In this document: positions 9,830 through 21,200 of the stretch, one piece after another
Layout: every line of letters starts with the position of its first letter
How positions within the stretch are numbered: the stretch's first letter is position 1
Assembly (NCBI GenBank): GCA_964016885.1
Contig: OZ024743.1
Coordinates: 325,066,001 to 325,130,000 of the forward strand
Origin: Eledone cirrhosa
Lineage: Eukaryota
Direction of reading: 5' to 3'
Length of the DNA stretch: 64,000 nucleotides
Notes under the pieces: model-generated
The model's database searches: none
Seen by the model: the letters and a program-made list of their open reading frames with translations, nothing else
Told to the model about the DNA's origin: nothing
Program-made: the position numbers and the translations under genes

Positions 9830-9999
9830 GGTTTCTTATCCTTGACCAAAGGACATCAGTTTTATTTGACTTTTATTATAAAAGAAAAACTAAATTTATT
9901 TTAGACATTTAATTAAAAATGTTTACAGAGAATATTAATGCCAAATTTATGAGATTAGAGAGGAGGGAGGGAACCCCCAAGAATTATGAAGATGAATAT

Positions 10000-10150
10000 T
10001 ATCAAGAATTGGACATAGTTGAAATACAGGGATTATATAAGGACAATAAATGAAATACCTTAATACAGTTGTGGTCAAGATTTGGACAAAGTTAAAATAG
10101 AATATATGGCAGAGGAAAGGCCACAATACAGTTGTGGTCAAGATTAGACA
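10000..10150. repeat. Degenerate ~63-bp tandem duplication
   Basis: AATACAGTTGTGGTCAAGATT at 10062 and 10125; a weaker TCAAGAATTGGACA near 10002. Confidence 0.75.
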
Positions 10151-10559
10151 GAGAAAACACACACACAATACAATGGCAATCCATGGTAATGAAACTGCTG
10201 AGAGAAGATAATACTTGACAACAATGATGATTGAGATTTTATTTTTAAAATTTTACAAAATTCCACAATATCTGATGATCTCTGAAGGTGATCCCACATG
10301 AATTACATTAAATGTCAGAACTGAATCTCAAAGATTCCTCTTCGGGGCCAGAAATTATTTCCCTGTTAATTAGCTGTTAACGCACTACAAAGTTTAATTG
10401 AGGCCCACATAGAAGTACTACTGAGATATAGGTCAGTGCATCTACTACACACTGCACATCACACATTATACAAATGTTATAGGCTACATACAAAAGAAGA
10501 TCTAATCAACAACACATTAACTCACACACGTTATGTTTTTCTCTGCCTCTTCTACTACA

Positions 10560-10745
10560 ATGGCCACACTCTGATCTACTTAGCTAAACACACACCCTTC
10601 CCCCACTTCACTAACTATCCCTACTGTGTGACACCTGTTCAAAATCTTGTTCTAAATATTTTTCCCCCTAGAACTGTTACTCTCTGGAATGCTCTCCCTC
10701 TCTGCTCACATTTTTCCTGTAGATGTCAGACTACAGAAATTCAAA
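10560..10745 (+). mobile_element. Old LINE ORF2 C-terminal fragment (CR1/L2/Jockey group)
   Basis: Translation IFPPRTVTLWNALP matches the typical 'FFPRT...WN.LP' ORF2 end motif. Confidence 0.6.
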
Positions 10746-11076
10746 CTGGACATAGTCACCATTGATCCTATCAGTGTGGTGATGAGGAGGAAGTCTATGA
10801 GGGTATAAAGGTTATGGGCTTGGCCATGCCTACTCTGACCTCTCCCCCAGCTTTAAAGAAAAATATTTTATTTCTTCTTTTTCTTCTTTGGTATTTTCAC
10901 TCTGCTGCTACCAGAATGTTTATTCTTCTTACTTACAGATCTTCCTTGCTTCCACAGATATTGATCAGCTAGTTCTGAAACAAATGAAAACTAACTTTAA
11001 CTCTATTGATACCAAAACACCTGAAACCTCCCCTGGTTCTACAATACTAAACCATCTATTTTCCATGTTTATATAA

Positions 11077-11403
11077 AAACCTTCCATCATAATTTTATGC
11101 AAGAACCTTTGATATGTTCCAAACATCAGCTTAATAATGAGAAAGTTAGTTATATTACTAAATCTCTCCAAATTCTTGATTATTTTCAAAATTATTTTTA
11201 AATTATAGACAGTTACTTCATTTGAAATATGGTAATGAAAAGTAAGTGTTCATATTTATGTAAAAACCTTTAAGTTATCTTCCAAATACCAGTTTAATAA
11301 ATAAAAAGTTATATTATTAACTTTCTTCAAGTTCTTGGTTATTTTCAAAATTATTTGAATATTAGTGCCTTTCATTAAAAGTATGATGATGAAAAGGTTA
11401 AGA
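11077..11403. repeat. Two diverged tandem copies of a ~160-bp AT-rich repeat
   Basis: TTTATG(C/T)AA(G/A)AACCTTT...TTCTTG(A/G)TTATTTTCAAAATTATTT...TTCATT...ATGAAAAG at ~11077-11245 and ~11254-11403. Confidence 0.75.
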
Positions 11404-11579
11404 TGAATTGAAATGCCAATATTTTTTTTGTTTTTCGGTTTTCCTTGACTATTCATCAATTTTACATTTGTTTGTTTGTTTTTGCTATGCTAGATTCTTT
11501 TGGATGATACATTTGAAGGTTGGATTCCTTTCCTGACTCTTACCCATAGTGTAGGATATTCCACAGTTGTACCTATTCT

Positions 11580-11793
11580 CGCTCTGATCGATCGACAAGA
11601 TCCCAGACCTCATTTGCTTGCCGAGTTGGGTGGACCTTGTCAAATTGGACCAAGGAAACAATGTTTCCATTGGTCTTTCCATTGCTGATACTATCTACCA
11701 GTCGCAAATCCTGGCAGAAAGAGCAACGTGAAATAAAGTGTCTTGCTCAAGGACACAACACATAACCTGGTCTGGGAATTGAACTCGCAACCC
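11580..11793 (-). mobile_element. SINE (family C) inserted in the first 49-bp satellite monomer
   Basis: GAGCAACGTGAAATAAAGTGTCTTGCTCAAGGACACAAC...GGGAATTGAACTCGCAACC is a reverse B-box plus core motif. Flanked by ATTCT at 11575-11579 and 11794-11798. Confidence 0.7.
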
Positions 11794-14700
11794 ATTCTAA
11801 ACTGGATATATCACAGTTATACTTATTCTAAACTGGATACACACAGTACTGTAGGATATAGCAGAGTTGTATCTATACTAAACTGGATATATCACAGTTG
11901 TACCTATTCTAAACTAAATATATCACAGTACTGTAGGATATATCACAGTTATACCTATTCTAAACTGGATATATCACTACTGTAGGATATATCACAGTTG
12001 TACCTATTCTAAACTGGATATATCACTACTGTAGGATATATCACAGTTGTACCTATTCTAAACTGGATATATCACTACTGCAGGATATATCACAGTTGTA
12101 CCTATTCTAAACTAGATATATCACTACTGTAGGATATATCACAGTTGTACTTATTCTAAACTAGATATATCACTACTGTAGGATATATCAGAGCTGTACC
12201 TATTCTAAACTGGATATATCACTACTGTAGGATATATCACAGTTGTACTTATTCTAAACTGGATATATCACTACTGTAGGATATATCACAGTTGTACCTA
12301 TTCTAAACTAGATATATCACTACTGTAGGATATATCACAGTTGTACCTATTCTAAACTGGATATATCACTACTTTAGGATATATCACAGTTGTACCTATT
12401 CTAAACTAGATATATCACTACTGTAGGTTATATCAGAGCTGTACCTATTCTAAACTGGATATATCACTACTGTAGGATATATTACAGTTGTACCTGTTCT
12501 AAACTAGATATATCACTACTGTAGGATATATCAGAACTGTACCTATTCTAAACTAGATATATCACTACTGTAGGATCTATTACAGTTGTACCTATTCTAA
12601 ACTAGATATATCACTACTCTAGGATATATCACAGTTGTACCTATTCTAAAGTAGATATATCACTACTGTAGGATATATCACAGTTGTACCTATTCTAAAC
12701 TAGATATATCACTACTGTAGGATATGTCACAGCTGTACCTATTCTAAACTGGATATATCACTACTGTAGGATATATCACAGTTGTACCTATTCTAAACTA
12801 GATATATCACTACTGTAGGATATATCACAGTTGTACCTATTCTAAACTAAATATATCACTACTGTAGGATATATCACAGTTGTACCTATTCTAAACTAGA
12901 TATATCACTACTGTAGGATCTATTACAGTTGTACCTATTCTAAACTAGATATATCACTACTCTAGGATATATCACAGTTGTACCTATTCTAAAGTAGATA
13001 TATCACTACTGTAGGATATGTCACAGTTGTACCTATTCTAAACTAGATATATCACTACTGCAGGATATGTCACAGTTGTACCTATTCTAAACTAGATATA
13101 TCACTACTGTAGGATATATCACAGTTGTACCTATTCTAAACTAGATATATCACTACTGTAGGATATATCAGAGCTGTACCTATTCTAAACTAGATATATC
13201 ACTACTGTAGGATATATCACAGTTGTACCTATTCTAAACTAGATATATCACTACTGTAGGATATATCACAGTTGTACCTATTCTAAACTAGATATATCAC
13301 TACTGTAGGATATATCAGAGCTGTACCTATTCTAAACTGGATATATCACTACTGTAGGATATATCAGAGCTGTACCTATTCCAAACTGGATATATCACTA
13401 CTGTAGGATATGTCACAGTTGTACCTATTCTGATCTAGATATATCACTACTGTAGGATATATCAGAGCTGTACCTATTCTAAACTAGATATATCACTACT
13501 GTAGGATCTATTACAGTTGTACCTATTCTAAACTAGATATATCACTACTGTAGGATATATCAGAGCTGTACCTATTCTAAACTAGATATATCACTACTGT
13601 AGGATATATCACAGTTGTACCTATTCTAAACTAGATATATCACTACTGTAGGATATATCACAGTTGTACCTATTCTAAACTAAATATATCACTACTGTAG
13701 GATATATCACAGTTGTACCTATTCTAAACTAAATATATCACTACTGTAGGATATATCAGAGCTGTACCTATTCTAAACTAGATATATCACTACTGTAGGA
13801 TATATCACAGTTGTACCTATTCTAAACTGGATATATCACTACTGTAGGATATATCAGAGCTGTACCTATTCTAAACTAGATATATCACTACTGTAGGATA
13901 TATCACAGTTGTACCTATTCTAAACTAGATATATCACTACTGTAGGATATATCACAGTTGTACCTATTCTAAACTACATATATCACTACTGTAGGATATA
14001 TCACAGTTGTACCTATTCTAAACTAAATATATCACTACTGTAGGATATATCACAGTTGTACCTATTCTAAACTAGATATATCACTACTGTAGGATATATC
14101 AGAGCTGTACCTATTCTAAACTGGATATATCACTACTGTAGGATATATCACAGTTGTACTTATTCTAAACTGGATATATCACTACTGTAGGATATATCAC
14201 AGTTGTACCTATTCTAAACTAGATATATCACTACTCTAGGATATGTCACAGTTGTACCTATTCTAAACTGGATATATCACTACTGTAGGATATGTCACAG
14301 CTGTACCTATTCTAAACTGGATATATCACTACTCTAGGATATATCAGAGCTGTACCTATTCTAAACTGGATATATCACTACTGTAGGATATATCACAGTT
14401 GTACCTATTCTAAACTGGATATATCACTACTGTAGGATATGTCACAGTTGTACCTATTCTAAACTAGATATATCACTACTGTAGGATCTATTACAGTTGT
14501 ACCTATTCTAAACTAGATATATCACTACTGTAGGATATATCACAGTTGTACCTATTCTAAACTAGATATATCACTACTGTAGGATATATCACAGTTGTAC
14601 CTATTCTAAACTAGATATATCACTACTGTAGGATATATCACAGTTGTACCTATTCTAAACTGGATATATCACTACTGTAGGATATATCACAGTTGTACCT

Positions 14701-15215
14701 ATTCTAAATTAGATATATCACTACTGTAGGATATATCACAGTTGTACCTATTCTAAACTGGATATATCACTACTGTAGGATATGTCACAGTTGTACCTAT
14801 TCTAAACTGGATATATCACTACTGTAGGATATGTCACAGCTGTACCTATTCTAAACTGGATATATCACTACTGTAGGATATATCACAGTTGTACTTATTC
14901 TAAACTGGATATATCACTACTGTAGGATATATCAGAGCTGTACCTATTCTAAACTAGATATATCACTACTGTAGGATATATCACAGTTGTTCCTATTCTA
15001 AACTAGATATATCACTACTGTAGGATATATCACAGTTGTACCTATTCTAAACTGGATATATCACTACTGTAGGATATATCACAGTTGTTCCTATTCTAAA
15101 CTAGATATATCACTACTGTCGGATATATCACAGTTGTACCTATTCTAAACTGGATATATCACAACTGTAGGATATATCACAGTTGTACCTATTCTAAACT
15201 AGATACACACAGTAC
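11794..15215. repeat. 49-bp tandem array (TGTAGGATATATCACAGTTGTACCTATTCTAAACTRGATATATCACTAC), about 70 copies
   Basis: Period of 49 (11981 to 12030), no spacers, internal direct repeat of (G/A)GATATATCAC. Confidence 0.98.
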
Positions 15216-15475
15216 CACCCATCTTTCTATAAAGAACAAGAATTTAAAGAATCCAAAACTAGATATAATTCCCAGATCAATAACAACTATGTAACATTTA
15301 TTATTGGACTGGTGATTACTTCAGTGATTATTTCTAGCAGAATACATTGCCTGTGTGTTACAATTAATTTTAGAAATAGTAAACACTTTTGTAAAATAAC
15401 TAAAATGCTAATTATTTAGCTGGTGTTTTAAACCAAACCTACTATACAAAGTTGTTTATTCTAGATTTGATTTTA

Positions 15476-15623
15476 CAAATTTCCATCATAAATTTTTATG
15501 TAAGAACCTTTGTTTTTAGAAATGAGAAAGTTACCTATATGACAAAATCCCTCCAAAATTCTTGATTATTTGAAAATAATAGTCAATCTTTCATTAGAAA
15601 TATGATAATGAAAAGGTTAACAA
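15476..15623. repeat. Third copy of the ~160-bp AT-rich repeat
   Basis: TTCCATCATAA...TTTATGTAAGAACCTTTG...AATGAGAAAGTTA...AAATTCTTGATTATTT...TTCATTAGAAATATGATAATGAAAAGGTTAA matches 11077-11403. Confidence 0.8.
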
Positions 15624-15956
15624 AAGAGCTTTTAAAAATGTGATAGAAATAGTGAAATTTGAATATAAATACTTTATATTGGTGGCTTTCTATAATGTAA
15701 GATGATTTCTGGCAAAAAGAGTTAAATGTTTTGCAGAGTGTGGATATATGAACTAAAAAAACTAATGGTTCATCTAGTAAGGTTGCATTGTGGCAATCAT
15801 CATCACCATCCATGTATATGTAAATAAATGGTTACTCACTGAGTTTCCTAACAACCTTCTGTAATGCATTAAATTCTTTAGGAAGCCAGCTCTTGGGGTG
15901 ATTCAACAAACTTCACATACAATGAAAATAGAAATAAAAGAAAAATATATAACATA

Positions 15957-16110
15957 GGTGGTGAATTGAGACGTTGGAAAGTATTCGTCCCACCTCATTG
16001 CACTTGCACGCTCTGAGTTCACATCCTGCTGTGGTCAACTTTGCCTTTCATCCTTTCAAGGTCAATAAAAAAGTACCAGTCCAATACTAGGGTTGATTGT
16101 TTCTCTATAG
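15957..16110 (+). mobile_element. SINE copy (family A)
   Basis: TCTGAGTTCACATCCTGCTGTGGTCAACTTTGCCTTTCATCCTTTCAAGGTCAATAAAAAAGTACCAGT. Confidence 0.85.
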
Positions 16111-16279
16111 AAAAAATCAGCTGTGTTCAGATCTGGAGAGGGTTGGGCTTCACCAGGTTTAAAAGTGCCCTAGACATGCCATATGACAGTCCCTCTACGA
16201 TTCCACAGGAGTTTTGGGATTTAAAAAAAAAAACATAACAGGGAGAAAACAAAACTGAAAAAAAATCTGTATAAGAATT

Positions 16280-16475
16280 CCTTATACTGGCACAAGGTTA
16301 TATATTTTTGTTGGGAAATGATAGAATTGATTGAATCAACCCTGGTACTATATTATTGATTCCAGAGTAGGTGAAGGGTTAAGTTGACCCTAAGAGTATT
16401 TAAATTCAGAATGTAGAGAAAGTAAACTGAATATTACTAAGTAGTTTATCATTCCCCCTTTCTTTGCAATTCCAC
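16280..16475 (-). mobile_element. Decayed SINE copy (family A), reverse orientation
   Basis: GGCACAAGG...CTGGTACT...AAGTTGACC...TTTAAATTCAGAATG are reverse complements of family A motifs. Confidence 0.6.
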
Positions 16476-16499
16476 CCTGTATTGCTGATACAGGGCAAC

Positions 16500-17087
16500 A
16501 ATAGTGATACAGTACCATTGGTAATAGAGAGTCACAAATATGGGGGATTGAGAGTCACTGAGTCAATGATACAGAGACACTATATTAGTGATACAGGGGC
16601 CATTATATTGGGGATACAGAGCCATAAATATGGGTAGGGTGGGACCCATCTATTAGTGATTCAGTGCCTTTATATTGGTGATAGGAGAGTCAACAGCCAC
16701 TAAATTAGAGATACAGGGGTCATTATATTGGGGATACAGTGCCACAAATATGGGTGGGGTTGGACCCCTCTATTAGTGATAGAGAGTCAGAAATATGGGC
16801 GATTGACAGCCACTATATTAGTGATACAGGGGCCATTATATTAGGGATAAAGTGCCATTATATTGGTGATACAGGGCCACAAATATGAGTGGGTGGGACT
16901 CCTCTATTAGTGATACAGTGTCATTATATTGGTGATGGAGAGTCACAAATATCGAGGATTGAGAGTCACTGTATTAGTGATACAGGGCCATAAATATGGG
17001 TGGGCTGGGACCCCTCTATTGGTGATAGAGAGAAGATTGAGAGTCACTGTATAGGTGATACAGAGCCACTGTATCAGTGATAGAAGG
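16500..17087. repeat. Complex degenerate modular repeat grading into the 22-bp array
   Basis: Shuffled modules TATTAGTGATACAG, GCCATTATATTGGGGATACAG, CACAAATATGGGTGGG..GGACCCCTC and GATTGAGAGTCACT. Confidence 0.85.
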
Positions 17088-17950
17088 GCCATTATATTAG
17101 GGACACAGTACTATTATATTGGGAACCCAGTGCCATTATATTGGGGACACAGTGCCATTATATTGGGGACACAGTGCCATTATATTAGGAACCCAGTGCC
17201 ATTATATTGGGGACACAGTGCCATTATATTGAGGACACAATGACATTATATTAGGGACACAGTGCCATTATATTGAGGACACAGTGCCATTATATTGGGG
17301 ACACAGTGCCATTATATTGGGGACACAGTGCCATTATATTGGGAACCCAGTGCCATTATATTGGGAACCCAGTACCATTATATTGGGGACACAGTGCCAT
17401 TATATTAGGGACACAGTGCCATTATATTGGGGATACAGTGCCATTATATTGGGGACACAGTGCTATTATATTGGGGACACACTGCCATTATATTAGGGAC
17501 ACAGTGCCATTATATTAGGCACACAGTGCCATTATATTGGGGACACAGTGCCATTATATTGAGGACACAGTGCCATTATATTGAGGACACAGTGCCATTA
17601 TATTAGGGACACAGTGCCATTATATTGAGGACACAGTGCCATTATATTAGGGACACAGTGCCATTATATTAGGGACACAGTGCCATTATATTAGGGACAC
17701 AGTGCCATTATATTAGGGACACAGTGCCATTATATTGAGGACACAGTGCCATTATATTAGGGACACAGTGCCATTATATTAGGCACACAGTGCCATTATA
17801 TTGGGGACACAGTGCCATTATATTGAGGACACAGTGCCATTATATTAGGGACACAGTGCCATTATATTGGGGACACAGTACCATTATATTGGTGAGGACA
17901 CAGTGCCATTATATTGGGGGACACAGTGCCATTATATTGGTGATACAGGG
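17088..17950. repeat. 22-bp minisatellite (TTGGGGACACAGTGCCATTATA), about 39 copies
   Basis: Period of 22 (17141 to 17163); GGGG, AGGG and GAGG variants. Accounts for the repetitive ORFs at 17055-17984. Confidence 0.98.
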
Positions 17951-17959
17951 CCCCAAATA

Positions 17960-18070
17960 TGAGTTGGTTGGAGGCAAAAGTTAATCAAATTGACTCAAGT
18001 TCTTGACTGAAATCTACAGTTTCAACCCAGATAGAATAAAAGATAAAGGTGACTACAAAAGTGTTTTAAA
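17960..18070 (-). mobile_element. Possible highly decayed family A SINE
   Basis: TTGACTCAAGTTCTTGACTG...GAATAAAAGATAAAGGTGAC loosely matches the reverse family A core. Confidence 0.35.
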
Positions 18071-18269
18071 ATATGTTCTACAACTTAGTCAAAGAGGTAA
18101 AGACAATGCCCTTGACTATTTTCAGGACCTCAAAGGAGACCCAGACCTCCCACATACATTCACATATACAGACACACTGAATGAAAATTAAATGAACACC
18201 AACTCAGATCCTGGATATATTTCTTTACTAGCTTCCATCGTATAATGTAAAGGTCGTTCATTTGGAGGA

Positions 18270-21200
18270 TACAGGCCTCTGTAGAGAGACAACAACAATA
18301 TACAGTGAGTTTTAGCTACAGACCTCTGTAGAGAGACAACAACAATATACAGTGAGTTTTAGCTACAGACCTCTGTAGAGAGACAACAACAATATACAGT
18401 GGGTTTTAGCTACAGACCTCTGTAGAGAGACAACAACAATATACAGTGAGTTTTAGCTACAGACCTCTGTAGAGAGACAACAACAACATACAGTGTGTTG
18501 TAGCTACAGACCTCTGTAGAGAGACAACAACAATATACAGTGTGTTGTAGCTACAGACCTCTGTAGAGAGACAACAACAATATACAGTGGGTTGTAGCTA
18601 CAGACCTCTGTAGAGACAACAACAATATACAGTGTGTTGTAGCTACAGACCTCTGTAGAGAGACAACAACAATATACAGTGAGTTTTAGCTACAGACCTC
18701 TGTAGAGAGACAACAACAACATACAGTGTGTTGTAGCTACAGACCTCTGTAGAGAGACAACAACAATATACAGTGTGTTGTAGCTACAGACCTCTGTAGA
18801 GAGACAACAACAATATACAGTGTGTTGTAGCTACAGATCTCTGTAGAGAGACAACAACAATATACAGTGTGTTGTAGCTACAGACTTCTGTAGAGAGACA
18901 ACAACAATATACAGTGTGTTGTAGCTACAGACCTCTGTAGAGAGACAACAACAATACACAGTGTGTTGTAGCTACAGACCTCTGTAGAGAGACAACAACA
19001 ATATACAGTGTGTTGTAGCTACAGACCTCTGTAGAGAGACAACAACAATACAGTGTGTTGTAGCTACAGACCTCAGTAGAGAGACAACAACAATATACAG
19101 TGTGTTGTAGCTACAGACCTCTGTAGAGAGACAACAACAATATACAGTGTGTTGTAGCTACAGACCTCTGTAGAGAGACAACAACAATATACAGTGTGTT
19201 GTAGCTACAGACCTCTGTAGAGAGACAACAACAATATACAGTGTGTTGTAGCTACAGATCTCTGTAGAGAGACAACAACAATATACAGTGTGTTGTAGCT
19301 ACAGACCTCTGTAGAGAGACAACAACAATATACAGTGTGTTGTAGCTACAGACCTCTGTAGAGAGACAACAACAATATACAGTGTGTTGTAGCTACAGAC
19401 CTCTGTATTGAGACAACAATATACAGTGTGTTGTAGCTACAGACCTCTGTAGAGAGACAACAATACACAGTGAGTTGTGGCTACAGACCTCTGTAGAGAG
19501 ACAACAACAATACACAGGGTGTTGTAGCTACAGACCTCTGTAGAGAGACAAGAACAATATACAGTGTGTTGTAGCTACAGACCTGTGTAGAGAGACAACA
19601 ACAATATACAGTGTGTTGTAGCTACAGACCTCTGTAGAGAGACAACAACAATATACAGTGTGTTGTAGCTACAGACCTCTGTAGAGAGACAACAACAATA
19701 TACAGTGTGTTGTAGCTACAGACCTCTGTAGAGAGACAACAACAATACACAGTGTGTTGTAGCTACAGACTTCTGTAGAGAGACAACAACAATATACAGT
19801 GTGTTGTAGCTACAGACCTCTGTAGAGAGACAACAATATACAGTGTATTGTAGCTACAGACCTCTGTAGGGAGATAATAACAACATACAGTGTGTTGTAG
19901 CTACAGATCTCTGTAGAGAGACAACAACAACATACAGTGTGTTGTAGCTACAGATCTCTGTAGAGAGACAACAATATACAGTGTGTTGTAGCTACAGACC
20001 TCTGTAGAGAGACAGCAATATACAGTGTGTCGTAGCTACAGACCTCTGTAGAGAGAGAACAACAACATACAGTGTGTTGTAGCTACAGACCTGTGTTGAG
20101 AGACAACAACAATATACAGTGTGTTGTAGCTACAGACCTCTGTAGAGAGACAACAACAACGTACAGTGTGTTGTAGCTACAGATCTCTGTAGAGAGACAA
20201 CAACAATATACAGTGGGTTGTAGCTACAGACCTCTGTAGAGAGACAACAACAATATACAGTGTGTTGTAGCTACAGACCTCTGTTGAGAGACAACAACAA
20301 TATACAGTGAGTTTTAGCTACAGACCTGTGTAGAGAGACAACAACAATGCACAGTGTGTTGTAGCTACAGACCTCTGTAGAGAGACAAGAACAATATACA
20401 GTGTGTTGTAGCTACAGACCTCTGTAGTGAGACAACAACAATATACAGTGTGTTGTAACTACAGACCTCTGTAAAGAGACAACAACAATATACAGTGGGT
20501 TGTAGCTACAGACCCCTGTAGAGAGACAAAAAAAATATACAGTGTGTTGTAGCTACAGACCTCTGTAGAGAGACAACAACAATATACAGTGTGTTGTAGC
20601 TACAGATCTCTGTAGAGAGACGACAACAATATACAGTGTGTTGTAGCTACAGACCTCTGTAGAGAGACAACAACAATATACAGTGGGTTGTAGCTACAGA
20701 CCTTTGTAGAGAGACAACAACAATATACAGTGTGTTGTAGCTACAGACCTCTGTAGATAGACAACAACAATATACAGTGTGTTGTAGCTACAGACTTCTG
20801 TAGAGAGACAACAACAATATACAGTGTGTTGTAGCTACAGACCTCTGTAGAGAGACAACAACAATATACAGTGGGTTGTAGCTACAGACCTCTGTAGAGA
20901 GACAAAAAAAATATACAGTGTGTTGTAGCTACAGACCTCTGTAGAGAGACAACAACAATATACAGTGTGTTGTAGCTACAGACCTCTGTAGAGAGACAGC
21001 AATATACAGTGTGTTGTAGCTACAGACCTCTGTAGAGAGACAACAACAATATACAGTGAGTTTTAGCTACAGACCTCTGTAGAGAGACAGCAATATACAG
21101 TGTGTTGTAGCTACAGACCTCTGTAGAGAGACAACAACAATATACAGTGTGTTGTAGCTACAGACCTCTGTAGAGAGACAACAACAATATACAGTGTGTT

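Noticed and set aside
11794-15215. CRISPR array, or RT-associated repeat system linked to the nearby reverse transcriptase
   Set aside because: No spacers. The RT is a disrupted ordinary LINE ORF2, and I saw no sequence shared between it and the array.
17088-17950. Telomeric repeats or a G-quadruplex array
   Set aside because: TTAGGG occurs only as isolated variants within 22-mers, and the G tracts are ~18 nt apart and often broken.
17055-17984. Repetitive ORFs (VPLYWGHSAIILGTQCHY)
   Set aside because: Stop-poor 22-bp repeat read through three frames; no coding evidence.
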